NCBI GenBank assembly: GCA_012295275.1
Contig: CM022679.1
Span: forward strand, 5,270,001 to 5,334,000
Source of the DNA: Chrysomallon squamiferum
Lineage: Eukaryota > Animalia > Mollusca
Reading direction: 5' to 3'
Length of the DNA: 64,000 nt
Below the pieces are notes generated by a model that did no database searches, was not told the DNA's origin, and saw only the letters and a program-made list of their open reading frames with translations. The position numbers and the translations under genes were made by a program. Shown here one piece after another: positions 1-15,102 of this stretch (within the stretch, counting starts at the first letter, position 1; every line of letters begins with the position of its first letter).

Positions 1-148
1 CCTATTGTCATCATCGTTATCAGTACATGACAAAACTGTCTTTAAGTTAGTGCTTTAAAAATATTTCGCATTTCAAATGAAGTCACAAATAAAAAGTATT
101 ATCAGATGATATAATAATAATAACAATAATAATAATATTAGTAATAAA

Positions 149-204
<56 letters not shown>

Positions 205-726
205 GAACAACAACAAGAATAAAAGGACGATTAAGCAAAACGATGAAGAAGATGGAGAAAAAAAAAAAAAATGATAAGAAAATTAAAATATTATAATGTC
301 TGATATTAGGAATAAACCTTCACACATTACAATTAAGAAATACTGGTAACCACCACGTTCAACATATCTCTCTGTCTCTGACTGTGTGTCTAGCTGAATC
401 TCTACTCGATATTCAAACACACGTCAACCGAGGGCCTGGTTACAACTGTTTCGTCATGTTAAGCGGTTATTAAACGAAGCGAAAAGCTGTCGGTCATGTT
501 CTCGTGCTTGCCTGAGACGTAGCGGGGCAAGACGCAGAGAAACAAAACGAAATAATGTGACACAGCTATGTATGACGTTTGTGTAGTGTAAATATGTATG
601 CGCGGCATTAACCGATATTTTGTAAAAGAACTTCAACAGGCACAATCTTAATGAAGGGTATTATGCTTTAAGAAAAAAAACCCACAAACCCCCTGGAGAA
701 TGAAGTGTTTGTTTATTTATTATTAT

Positions 727-822
<96 letters not shown>

Positions 823-1340
823 TTTTTTTTTTTTTTTGTTTGCTTCTATTGTTCCTGTACAACCAATTCGTGTCTTGAAATACCAGCTTGTTCTGTAATT
901 TTTATTTTCTAACACAAAACAAACAAAGCCAAATTTCCGTTTGCATGCTGCTGCGTAACACAAACCACGTTTTACTGGAAATCACAACCATGTCTGTACG
1001 TGACTGGGCTGACCGAAACCAGGAGAGTCATTTACCCCGCATTGTTTTGCAGTAACTAAAAAATAATGCGTGATGTTTGTAAAACAGCAGATATCAGAGG
1101 CAGATCTAAAATTTCGGAAAGGGGACGGCGTCATTGTGTTATTGAAATTCCAACGATAATATCAGGTTAATGATGAAATTGCATGCACGAAAAAAAAAAT
1201 ATAATAATAAAAAAAAATAATAATAATAAAAAATATAATAAAAAAAAAATAATAAAAAAATAAAAATAAATAAATAAATAAATAAAATAATGATAAGAAT
1301 TAATTTTACATTGTGTTTTAGGATGTTTACGTCTATTTAT

Positions 1341-1435
<95 letters not shown>

Positions 1436-2002
1436 TGTAGTTTTAAACTATGGCTGACTGAATAACGCTAGCGTGCTGTTATCTTTGTACTTATTTTTCT
1501 GTCATTACGATATTTCATTGTTCGTCAGCAGTACGATTTAATTACTGGAAAGTACAATCGCGGAAACGACGACGTAATCCTTAACAATAATATATCGATA
1601 ATTACTGCAACAGTAGCAACAATGTAGTAGTAACAGTAGTAGTATTAGTAGTAGTAGTAGTAGTAATAGTAGTAGTAGTAGTAGTACTAATGGAAGCAGT
1701 AATAATAATAATAATAATAATCATATCCGAGGAAGAACGAGAACTGAACTATTACCATCCATCTTGAGCACGAATTGGCACAAAGAAAACAACACAGTAC
1801 TCCACAGGCCGACATCGGAATGAGCCCACATAAGACGGATATTTACAAACGGTTACGGACTCGAACGAATGTTCACGATTATACGATGCAGAAGAAACAT
1901 GGTGAAAGTACATCCAGGCGCTTTCAAACAGTGATTTGACCTGTCTGTCTGGTTTCTGCCTTCGACTGTCGCTGCTAAATGTCGTTAAGATTCACGTACC
2001 GA

Positions 2003-2070
2003 AACGAAAACCTGTATTCACCTAACGAAACGAGAAGAACGAAAACCTGTATTCACCTAACGAAAACCTG
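2003..2070. repeat. Direct repeat, 28 bp at period 35, plus a partial third copy
   Basis: AACGAAAACCTGTATTCACCTAACGAAA at 2003 and 2038. Confidence 0.9.
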
Positions 2071-2767
2071 ACCGTGCAATCCGGTCAAACCTGCACACCG
2101 TCTTTAAACCGTAATTAATTTTGCTATACGTCCGCATCATAATAGATAGCGAACAAAGAAAAACCTTAATGTGTCCGCTAACCCTGGGAATGCTCTCGCT
2201 CTAAATGGATTTGCCAGTGTTCTGTTATTGCAGTGGCCAGTGAAGGCAGTGGTCAAAGAACAATGGATCAAACCCGCGGACTGTTGTGACCAGTCAAACA
2301 AGAAAGAGTAAGTTATTTGCTCCGACGTGTCTCAGGCGATAAAAAAAGACGAAAAGAAAGAGAGAGCTTTATTTTCAGGAAATTCGTCTGACGTTTCTGT
2401 CAATAGCTGTCGGCAAGTTGAATTCATTAAGGTGCCGAGTGAATGAATGCTGTGATAGATTACGGCAATATTTTCACGAGCTGTACTGTTCTGTGTTAAA
2501 AATGTTAAAATATTGTTAACGAAAATAAAGGTGGGCGGGTAGATCGTGTGTCTTTTGATATGGATAAAGCATGTTAAAACAAAATACCCATATTTAATGT
2601 CATACTCTGTAATCAGTTAATGAACAATCAATGTAGAAGCATATAACGGAACCATTTCGAAATCAGAATACTGAGCATAACAAATGTAATATTGTGCGGT
2701 TTAGTATTTATGTTCTGTTTTCGTTTAGATATTCAAATTAGAACACTACATTAAAGCATATATACTG

Positions 2768-2804
<37 letters not shown>

Positions 2805-3294
2805 GCATGGATGAATGGCAGATAGATAGTCAGATAGATAGATAAACAGAAAGATAGATAAAAACAGACATATGTACATACTTACATACATAAATACATA
2901 TTTGCAATCAGAGAGACTTTTTAATGTTGTCATATTTAATATTCCACAGACTAATAGTTAGAACAATACATGCCTGATCCCTGCCTGATCTAAATACACC
3001 AAAACATGACCCTCCCAGCCACACCTTTCAGTTAACTCCCCAAGGACAAGAAATGGGACGTTAAATAAAACTTTTCTTTGACCAACATCATATTTATACT
3101 TGAGTATAAAAAATACATTAATGAGAGATCGGAATGCAAGTTTGTGTAGTAATAATTTATAATAGTGGTCTGTTTTCTTTTAATACAGAAACACGTAATT
3201 AGACAGTACAAAAAAAATAAAATAAAAAAAAAAAAAAAAAAAAAAAAAATAAAAAAATAAAAAAAAAATAAAAAAATAAATAAATAAATTAAAA

Positions 3295-3325
<31 letters not shown>

Positions 3326-4330
3326 ATTAATAAATTCAAAATAAATAAATAAATAAATACATAAATAAAAATAAATAAATAAATAAATAAATAAAAAAAT
3401 AAATAAATAAATAAATAAATAAAAAATAAATAAATAAATAAACAAACAAACAAACAAACAAACAAAAAAACCAAAAAAAAAAAAAAAAAAAAAAAAAATA
3501 AAATTAAAATAAATTAATTAATGAATTAAAATAAACAAACAAACAAACAAACAAACAAAAGAACCCCCCTCAAAAAAAAAAAAAAAAAAAGAAAAGTCAC
3601 TGAAATCACACATGATACCTGCTAACGACCACTGTTAAAACGAGTCATTAAACACTGACTCATTCACTCGGTCGTTTCGCAGTGTCACCTAATTAAGCTT
3701 GTTATTGAAAAAGAAATCTCCAACACTGTCTTCACATCACCTACACTGGACAAACGAGACAGTAATTACGACATCGCGGTTTTTAATACCTGTTTACGTC
3801 TCCACACAAAGAGATATTAATGGGTTAAGGCCGTTCTTCATAATCCACCTATGAAGGATTTAATATGACATTTCTTGATGCTGTGTTACTAATCTTTTTT
3901 TTATTCAGCAGAAGTAATTAATAAGATAGATATCTACACAGAATGCGTTACCTTAGAAATAACAGGGAACGATGGATCAACTGAGAAATGAAAGAAACGT
4001 AAAGATGATCACAAAAGAGGCATATAAAATAAAAAAGGAAGGAATGAAGGAATGGATAAAAAAAAAGAAAAAAGAAGGAAATGAGAATAATAATAATAAT
4101 AAAAAAAAAAAAAATAAGAAAGGTAACAAGAAAAGGAAAACAAAGAATGAAAACACACACGTTTAAAAATAAAGTTAACTGAGAAAAAGAAAAAGAAAAG
4201 AAGGATAACTAAAAAGAAGGAAGGAAAGAAATTATTTAAAAAGAGAAACAAGAAAGAATGAATAAATGAATAAATGAATAAATTTATATGCATTGAAGTT
4301 TGTTAAAAACCTACATTTGTTTATTCAACC

Positions 4331-4398
<68 letters not shown>

Positions 4399-6639
4399 CA
4401 GTCTATTATTATTATTATTCATTTTTAATATTTATTTATGTATTTATCCTTTGATAAGAAGATAAGAAAGAAAAAAAAAAAAACCGCAGAAAGAAAGGAG
4501 ACAGATACCGAAAGCAAGAACGAAGAAATAGTTTAAAACGAGGAAATGAAAAACGCAGGCAGTCCATACAAATATGTGGTGTTTGGAGAAAAATATTAGT
4601 GTTGTGCAATGAAAGGCTGAGATGAAAAACACACTATATCGTTTTCAGTCGACCTCGTTACACTTTTTGACACTTAAAAGGAAATGTTCACGGTCTCCGC
4701 ATTTTCTGAATTGTCATTGCTTAAAAGTAATATCTAAAGCTATCAAGAAAATACAGCAATAGTAGTAATAGAAGTAATAGTAATAATAGGCCTAAGACGA
4801 AATAATATTATTAGTAGTGCTTGTAGCATTAGTAATAGTAGTAAAAGATGTATTTAATATTAGTACTAGTAATACCAGAAATAATCCTTGATACGAAACA
4901 ATATTTTATGATTTTTTATCCTTAAATTTTTCTATTTTTCAGAACACCAGACACACGCATGTCTCACGTATCTATCTATATATGTATATACACACACACA
5001 GACAGATAGATAGATTATTAGTAATAATATTAACGTGACAGAACACGTGGAGCCGGCCTGGTTTGTTGTTGCTATTACTCGGGTAACCAGGAAGCAACAC
5101 ACACACTGCGTAAAACGTTGATAAACTTACGGTAATCGAAACAAACTGGAAGTAACTGTCATGTGAGAGAAAACAAAGAATGATCGAGTTCGATTATTGT
5201 CACAAAATATTAATGTCTTGGGTACTTTGCACGCACGCGTACACACACGCACGCATACACATATATATAGTTAACCAGTTTTTAAAATAAATCTGAATTG
5301 ACCACGATGCCATGTATTAAGAATGTTTCCTATTTTACTAATCTGAGTTATTAATAAAGAAGCTGCCTGTCTCTCTATATATTAAAACAATAATACTATT
5401 AAGTACTTATAATTAGATATATAAATTGACAGCTTTGCCGGTCAAATAGAAATCATTTGCGAAGTAATGTAACGCGAAAATACAATGGATGATAATTATT
5501 AATCAAAGTAATTACTGCCGAGTTTCAGTTCACGATAATCCAAGCAACAGTTAATAGACATTCTATTGTCAATGTAATTAATACCCAAACACAGAGACAA
5601 ACAGACTAACATACAAAGCAACAATGTGAACATTGAGACTAACAAACAATCACACTTACACTCAAACATATATATATATATATATACATGGAAAAGAAAT
5701 CCCAACAAAAACAACACATCCCTCCAAAAACATCAAGAAAACAAAACAAACCCCTCAAAACAAGAAAGAAGCAAACAACCCCCCCAAAAAAACCTATAAA
5801 ATAAAATATAAAACAAAATAAATAAAGAAAAATAAAGAAAAAAATGCTGTGTTAAAAACACACTCACATATATAACAATATAGACAAATAAACACATGTA
5901 AACACATAGCGAAAAAAAATATATATACAAAGAAACAAACACATTTAAAAACTAAGAAACACGCTTAAACGCACACACACACGTGTTTAATATATATCAA
6001 AGAAACGACCATCAGCAAACAGGGAAATACACTAATACGCTCTGGTAAAGAAACATACATGGAAACACATTCATATATAAACACAACGGACAAGACGAAA
6101 AAATGACACGAAGACACACTTACTCATACACAACCTCTGACCTCAGAAACATGCCTAGAAACAGAATGGCGGGTATCAAAACCCACGTATACCTTTGTCA
6201 CAGCGACCCCACGATACAGTTGATAACCCAGCGAAATAATTTCTGCACTTAATATGACATAATCATATCACATTATCACATCTTAACGCAGTAGAATATC
6301 CGGTGGGGAAAAAAAAAAAAAAAAAAAAAAGGAGTATAACACAGATTATTCCATACAAGAATAAAACAGTTGCGTAATTGTTACAACATAAACCCATGAG
6401 GACACAGAGTTGCGATAGATCGAGGTATTTGTAATTTCTAAAGTAAAAATATAATTAACTGTACTCACTGACTGGCTGTTCATCGCGTTTTTATTTACGT
6501 TCGCTGCTAGATACGAAAATTCAAAAGTCGACGTAGTTAAATCGAAAATTAAAGAGGTGTGAAACTACAAATAAAATTCGGAATATTTAGGTCATAACCA
6601 TACATTCAGAGTATAGAGTTCAGCGTAATTTCAACTCAC

Positions 6640-6723
6640 CTGTCTGCAGGCAAATTTGGTGTTTCTTTTCACCATCTGAAAACAGCTGGTGTCCGTAGAC
6701 AGCGAATTGTCCACCCCCGACAT
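6640..6723 (-). CDS. Candidate first coding exon of an unidentified minus-strand gene (MSGVDNSLSTDTSCFQMVKRNTKFACRQ)
   Basis: ACAATG start, 28 open codons, consensus donor CAG|GTGAGT, and a CpG-rich promoter-like region immediately upstream (6724-7050). No downstream exon was identified and the product was not recognised. Confidence 0.45.
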
Positions 6724-7050
6724 TGTTCAGTAGTCGTTAGCTGTCCGCTTCGTGCATTGCGACGTGTTCAAGAAAAAACCAACAAAGGTAAAGCAGAGCC
6801 GAAAACTTCCACACAGGTCAGTCATTGTTTACCTCTCTTCTCCGCCTTCGCGTTGACTCGCAACCGCTCGGAGAAACGCGGAGTTACAGGATCACGTGCT
6901 ATCGATCGTGTCTTTCCGTGATTTCGGTCGCATGAAGTATAACCGTTTGTTTCGCTTATAGGCTGTTACGCGCGGCCCATCATTGGAGTCCCGTTAGAAA
7001 CCGGTTTAACGGTAAACGAGGCTGTTTTTGCTGCTAAGTGGAGTAATTAC
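6724..7050 (-). promoter_or_regulatory. CpG-rich promoter/5'UTR-like region
   Basis: Dense CpG relative to the flanks, an E-box TCACGTG near 6892, and a position directly 5' of the candidate minus-strand exon. Confidence 0.4.
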
Positions 7051-7133
7051 ACTGGGACAATAATTATTATAAACAGGCTGTCAGTTTATCTGTAAACAGT
7101 TAAACTGAAGTTGCGAAACACTGGCGCTACGAG

Positions 7134-7230
<97 letters not shown>

Positions 7231-7928
7231 GCCACAACATCAACACTAACAGACACACACAGAGACAAATGGATTTACTGATGGATAGCTTGTTAGACCG
7301 ACACCCCAGACAAACATTTCAAAAAAAAAAAAAAAAAAAAAAAAATCATCCTCTTTGTCAAAACAACAACAACAAAAAAAAAAAAAAAAAAAAAACCGTT
7401 TACGAAGTGAAACCATCGATCTGTTTGCGACCTGTGAAACACGAAACCATACAATCCTTCTGATTAGATTTTGGTCAAGGTTGACGGAAGAATGGATAAA
7501 TAATTGAACATTTGCTGGACAACACGTTTCTGTATTAACTGTTATTGGTTGTTAAAAACAATTTAGTTAGTCACTGTGTGAAGTGGGAAATACTTTGTCA
7601 CCTTTCTGTTTGCAGGTGTTAACTATTATTAACAAAAGTATATACATGTTTTTTTTTCACGCACATAAATACAGACAATAAAAAAAATTCACTATAGCCT
7701 GGCTTCGAGCACTTGCTTTTGTGAAAGTAAACAAACTGAAGTGGTTTTGATGATTGGTCCTACGTCATCTCAAGTTGTTGCTATACCAGTGGCAGTTAAG
7801 TACATAAACACTTACTACCATAATCAGGGTATGAGCTTTTGCCAGAATGGGAAAAATAACTAATACACGTAGGTTCCAGGGACACAGATCGTACGAAATT
7901 GTGGCTATAAAAAAAAAAATAATGAAAA

Positions 7929-7961
<33 letters not shown>

Positions 7962-8539
7962 AAATAAAATAAAACAAAAAAAAACATATCTTTCCACCAT
8001 AATCAGATTTTGAGATTTGGTTAGAACGGAAAAATAAAAACTGGTGGCCAGAGGCGCAGAGGCAAAGTATGAGTGACAATTGGAGACAAAAAAAGAACAA
8101 AGCGCCAGCAACAACAAACTTTCATGAGAATTGATCCTACGACCCTAAGCTATATATATATATATATATGTCAGTGACCTTAGAACCAGCTTCCACGACA
8201 CATTAGTGTTAAATGATTTTCTCCTAACGTAACATAAAGTCAAAATCACCGAATGTTATAAACTCATTAATTTGTAACAAATTACTTTCATTGTCACTCG
8301 ACATCTGCCTTTGGTCAGACTTATCTAATTCGCTAATGATTCACTGTAAAGAACTGAAAACAATCAAATCACAATAACTGTGTGTAAAACACCGGAATGA
8401 CAAACAACAGCATTAGTCCCGTCTGAATATCTCCACACTTAAATCATTATCTATCAGACGTGTTAACTGTGTTCATCACCCGTATAGTTCATTAACGGGG
8501 AGTCTGCTGAAATAACAATACTTTGTTCCTGAACGTGCC

Positions 8540-9106
<567 letters not shown>

Positions 9107-9701
9107 GTGGGGGCGTGAGACACTGGTACAGTTACTAAGCGAGAGAAAGAGACACAAGTAGCTATTTAAAAAGAATATAGGGAAAACTGGATTAAAATAC
9201 ATTTATTATTATTATTGGTAGTAGTAGTAATGGTAGTAGGAGCAGTCATAGCATTATTGCTGTCGTTGTTGTTGTTAAAGTACTATACATGCAAAGTAGC
9301 ATAACATATATATTACACCAAACTGAACCTTTGGTACGTCACTGAAAGAATAATTATACTGTTACACAATATTTTCTATGAGTGAACATTAATTCCTCGC
9401 TCACGGATAAAAGATATGTTATCTTACTGCACTCGACAACTGCGCAGTATAGTACAGTGCTGAAATGTCGACATGATCTCAGTGACTAAGATATTAAAAA
9501 GAAACTGTCTATCCAAAATCAGCTCAGGAATCGAGATATAGCGACGACGTAAAAAGTACAGTGTAGTTAATTCGTATGTATGATAAATTATGCGTTCTTA
9601 TGTGTCTGAAAGATTTAATTTGTTTGAACGGTCAGATGAACCATCTTTAGTTAACATTTGTTAATCTTCCAAGTTTACAAAATAATCATATCCAGTCACG
9701 T

Positions 9702-9770
<69 letters not shown>

Positions 9771-10210
9771 GTCCGTATCTCTTTGCGTCATCGTGTCTCT
9801 CTGTAAATATATCTTCGTCTGTCTGTCAGTCTATCTATCTCTATCTCTCCACCTGTTTCTCTTTCTCTGCCTAACAGACACACATACGCACATACAGTGT
9901 GACCACAAAACAAATAGCTGCCATCCGAAAACATAAATCTAATCTCACAAGGAAAAAATTACAAGGAAAAAATTTAATGACCTCTGAATCATTGTGACGT
10001 TTTTAAGCACTGGGTACCTATTAATAAATTTTCTCTTTTTGTGTAAGTAATTTATACCATCAGAGTTCAGCCGGTGTGTAAACTTATCTAATCTTCAACA
10101 GTAATATAATACTTATCTGAATATTTTTGACGACGTTAGTAAGTACTGTCAATTGAAGGTACGGTCTAAACATGTCTGAATGTCTTAATAAAGATTTTTT
10201 TTTTTTTTTT

Positions 10211-10242
<32 letters not shown>

Positions 10243-12780
10243 AGCCAGCAAAAATGGTGTTATAAGTTATGACTGAGGTAGGTACAAGCAATCGATCAAA
10301 AGTGAAAATAATTCTGTCATAACCGTGTCAGATTTAAAAGCTGTGATATAAATTAAAGATAATTAAAATGACGTTCTCGTTAGCTGTATCAAGAAAAGTA
10401 TTTGTTAGTATCTATTTTAATCGTGCATCGAAATGCCAAAAGCAAAAGATTTGAGACAAAAATCCGTATCCAGGTACAACAGAATATTTTATATAATTAG
10501 TAACCACTCTTAAACACGATAAAATAGCAAATGCGAGGCAATTGATTTTCGTGTTTCATGACCTCATTTCGTAGAAAGAAAATTAATAATAAATAAATAA
10601 GTAAATAAAGGAATAAATAAATAGTAGAATAATAGAATAATAAAATAATAATAAGAAAAAATGTATCGAATTGTAATTAAGATAGAATAATTAGCTTTGC
10701 ATTTATCCCGGGTATTTTGTTTTTTTTAATGTGTTTTTTGGGGTGTTTTTTTTTTTACGTAATGACATCACGAAAGAAGGAAATAAAATAAGTTGGCTTC
10801 CTCCATGCTTCCGCGGGATTTTCATTCATTACCAGAAAACAATAAATAATTCAGATTATTCGATTTATGCAAAATGTGATTAATAAACTCTTTATTTCAC
10901 CACCATAAGTAAACGAGGACAGAGGCAGTTACCGATTTAGAAGCAATCAATCAAAAATTGATTTTTAAAAAAATTTCTGTCATATCCTCTTGAGGTTCAA
11001 GAGAAACTGTATCAAATTAAACTAAAGCGGGTGTTGTTGAGCTGGATATATTATCAGCGAAAAGTGTTTTGCTGTAAATGTATAAATATTGTAATAAATA
11101 CAACTGAAGAGAAAAACGTACAACTTAAGATCGATTCAGTGCCTCTCTGTTTAGAAGTAAAATATTTGTAGATCAAATGCCGTTAGCCCGATTATTTTTC
11201 GTTATCATTATTTTAAAGTGAGTAACGACTATAACGAGTATTCGTGAAATGAAGGTAAAAACATACACTTTAACCGAATCCAACCTCGTTCTGCTTCATA
11301 AGTATCAAACATTTGTATATACTGTCTATCAGATCGTAATTCTCGAAAAAAAAATATCTTAGAAAAAAATGCAAAATGAAGTGTCCTTAACAGGCATGCT
11401 TGAACCTGTCCTTGACAGAAGCAAGTTAAAACGTATTCACATCCTGAATTTTTGAAATTTAAATAATAGGATTAATAAAATGTTTTTTTTCTTTTTTTTT
11501 TTCTTTCTATCAGATATCAATTTGAACGAATCAAAGACTGTAATAATACTATGTTAAGTTACTTTCCCTGTCATCTGACATAAATGTAAAGATCAACACT
11601 AACTAATATCATTTTAATATATATATATATATATATATAGATATAGTAATAGTTGTAGTAGTAGTGGTAGCAGTAGTAATGGTGGTAGTAGCAGTACTAG
11701 TAATAGCAGTTTTAGTAACAGTAGTAGAAGTAGTAGTAGCAGCAGCAGCAGTAATACCAGTAATAGGTATAAATAAAACTTAAAAAGGAGCCTTATAACT
11801 GAATTTTCATACATTACTTTTAGTGATAGATCTTTAAATATTGTCAATACAGTACAATCATAGTTTCGAATTTAGGCGCAGAAATCATTAACAGTTTCAA
11901 CGACAACAAAAGTTTGCACTGGATCGCCTGAAACATTGCTGTGGTTGCAGCTGAAGAGAAAAAATAAGATTCAGTCAGAAATTGTTTCCACATCACATCC
12001 TCTTTTCTTTAAGTGCAATAATGCATCCTATTTAGCCATCATTAAAACGCAGTGAAATCCCGAGATCTCGGTAATAAAAGTTTAAAGTATTGTTCAGGCA
12101 ATATCCATTTATTTTAAAGAAATTCGGATCAAAACTGAAAGTGAAGCAGAAGCAGACGATAAAAAAGGAAAAAAAAAAAAAAGAAAAAAAGATGGTTTCC
12201 ACCCAGATACTTTCTGGTTTAAAAAGCAGTTGCAACATTTCAAAAAGGAAAAAATCATTAAACATAAATCAAATGCTGTGAATCAGGTAACAAAAGCTGG
12301 AAATGTGTTTCTTTCACAATACCTGCTATAAATCGATTGAAGTATAGAAAATATGCACACGAAGAAAAAAAAAATGTATATGTAACATATTATTTTTAGT
12401 ATTAGTAGTAATAGTCGTAGCAATGTCAATAATTGTAGTGGTTGTAGTACTAATGGTGGTATTCTTAGTGGTAGGCTTCTGGTGGTGGTAGTGGTAGTTG
12501 TAGTAGTAAATAACAAAAACAACAAAAATAATAACAATAAAAACGACATTCACTATATCCTCCACACCGACCAGTAACAGAATGAAGACAGCTAATTCAA
12601 TCTGCATTGTCTGCTAATCATCTCAGGCAATTACCACCATCCTGTGCAAGGTCCGTCAGTCGTCAACAGTCCGTTGTGTTTACAGGAAAAAGGGTTAACA
12701 AGAACGCAGGTCGTTTGCGTGATTTCGTGCATTACTTAGTTCCAGGCAGGTGACCATGTTCTCACTGTGTCCACCGCGGT

Positions 12781-13084
12781 ACAGTGGACTCCAATCACGC
12801 AATTAGATCGATGAATAAAAAATCTACATAATCACTGGAAACAAAAAGTATATTTAATAACTACCATCGAATACAAATCAAGCAATTGGATCGATGAATG
12901 AAATTCTATATGGTCTGCAAAAATTATCAGTAGCTACAGTGGATGCCAATTACGCAGGTAGATCGATATATAACACATTCTATTCGGTCAGTGGTAAAAG
13001 CGAGTCTAAAAGAGCGTATTAATGATTGTCACTAGTTATATATTGGATCCCAATCACGCAAGCAAATCGATATGGAAAATTCTA
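12781..13084. repeat. Four diverged ~45-bp motifs with variable spacers
   Basis: Consensus about TGGA..CCAATCACGCAA.TAGATCGAT....AAATTCTA, with ATCGAT cores at 12807, 12890, 12962 and 13066. Confidence 0.8.
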
Positions 13085-13860
13085 TGCGTTTAGTGAAAAT
13101 GACTTTGTTCAGGATAGAGCGAAGTTAAACTTTTAATGTAAATCTCTTTCAGATGATTTTTCTAGTGTTATACAGACGACTGAGTCTACGAATTAGATTC
13201 AACAAGGTGGAAAAGAGTGGAATATCTGCTTTAGTGAATAGAAAATGAATGACTGAATAAAATTTTCAAGAAAAGCTTACTGCTATCATACATCTATAAT
13301 ATTTAGCTCTGTGTATGTATTTATGTATGTGCGTATATTTGTACATGTGTATATAAATATATGTATGTATGTGTGTACATATGTATGTATGTATGTATAT
13401 TTGTACCTCTCTTTATGTATGTATGTGTAATATTTGTCTCGTGATGTCTGCAGGTATCTACACACGTATTATATGACTGAGGTCATCAGAAGGACATCGC
13501 CTCGTTACATCATCCTACACGGCATTCGTTGTGTCATTATAGCATGAAACCATCTTTCTGCTGCGAAATGTGTCATGCACTTTATTCAGATACACACATT
13601 AGAAATGTATTTGCTTAACTGCAAGTATTAACTTACTTTCTTATTCGTAGAAAAATAAGAAAAGAAGTGAAAACAAAATAAAGAATATAAATAACAAATA
13701 GAACATTATATTGTCATCATTTTGCCGTGCACAGCAAATAATATATAATAAATGTGTAGCCTGAATAAAACAGACACACCTACCTTTAATTACCTTTTAC
13801 AGGTATATGCTGTATGCTTTTACTGAGAATCATAATTCACGGATGAATGGGTATGTCAAG

Positions 13861-14031
13861 TAAATGTTTGGTTAACGATATTTACACGCACGTTTATATC
13901 AAAGTTTATGGGTTGTGGTTTTGACAGTATGGGAAAGTTAAACTTCAGCCGTAACGGTACGGGCTGTTATTATGTACTGCCAGGAAGAGATCTTTTTTAT
14001 ATATATTTACTCACTGATGGGAAAAAAAGTA

Positions 14032-14084
<53 letters not shown>

Positions 14085-14205
14085 ATTATTAGTATTAACA
14101 CAACAAATAATGCCTTGGTTTTTGATATACAAGTCGCATAACAGAACGTGAAAAACACCGATAACAGCAGTGACGAGAATTGATCCCGAGACGGTTCAGA
14201 CACTA
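13861..14205 (-). mobile_element. Degenerate tRNA-derived SINE relic interrupted by (CTA)n
   Basis: B-box-like head at 14175-14187 (minus strand GGGATCAATTCTC). The tail at 13861 resembles the reverse complement of the 58480-58505 tail. Family resemblance to gastropod SINEs is from recollection only. Confidence 0.4.
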
Positions 14206-15058
14206 TTTTTAAGGTCAATTAAATTAAATTAAATTATAGGCGGCCTATTACTTATCCTATCGTCTGAAAATGCTTAATGTTTGGCTTAGCTGCTGTTCCA
14301 GTCAGGTACATCGCAAATAAACTCCAATAGCTTTCCGCTTGAATTACTCGACAAATATTAGAACAACCGTTAGGATATCGATCGCAATCTGAACGTTTTA
14401 AGTTGTTTAACTGAACAATAATGTTTCTTTTTGGTTTTTTTGGTTGACAGATCACTGAACTCGAAAGGAACAAAGAACAAAGAACAAAAATAAAATAAAA
14501 TAAATAAATTTATTTAGAAGTTAATTTTTTTTAGAAAAAAATCCAATAATGTATGAATAAATAAAAACGATTTCATTGTAGCAGTCTTGAGTTATGAACG
14601 CAGCTTACAACAAAAGCTTGTTTAGAAAATAATGTAATTAGCGGAGAAAGATAATATGTTTTTGGAAACGTTTTTGTTTATGTGTTATATTACGTATGTT
14701 ATGTTATTATTATATATAGATTATTAATTAATTAATTTATTTGTTTGATTGTTTATTTGTTTGTTTCTTAATTTGTTTCTATTTTTTGTTTTTCTTTGTT
14801 GTCTTCTGTTTGAAACATATACACAGACTTAGAAACAGAAAATGAGGGAGAAAATGAATGTATATGTGTGTGTGTGTGCGTGTGTGTGTATTTGTTAGCG
14901 CATGTTTGATACCTCGTTATTCTTTCAAAATATCAGCTAACAGCACGAGAATTACCAGCTACATTATTATATTTCCAATCCATTATGAGACCATTTCATA
15001 ATGTCTAGCCCTCTAACTCCAGCCATAAGTGAGCACAATGCCTTTATTTTTATCTTCT

Positions 15059-15102
<44 letters not shown>

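Noticed and set aside
12781-13084. CRISPR array interpretation of the repeat-spacer pattern
   Set aside because: The repeats are highly diverged, spacer lengths are irregular, there are no cas genes, and the context is eukaryotic.
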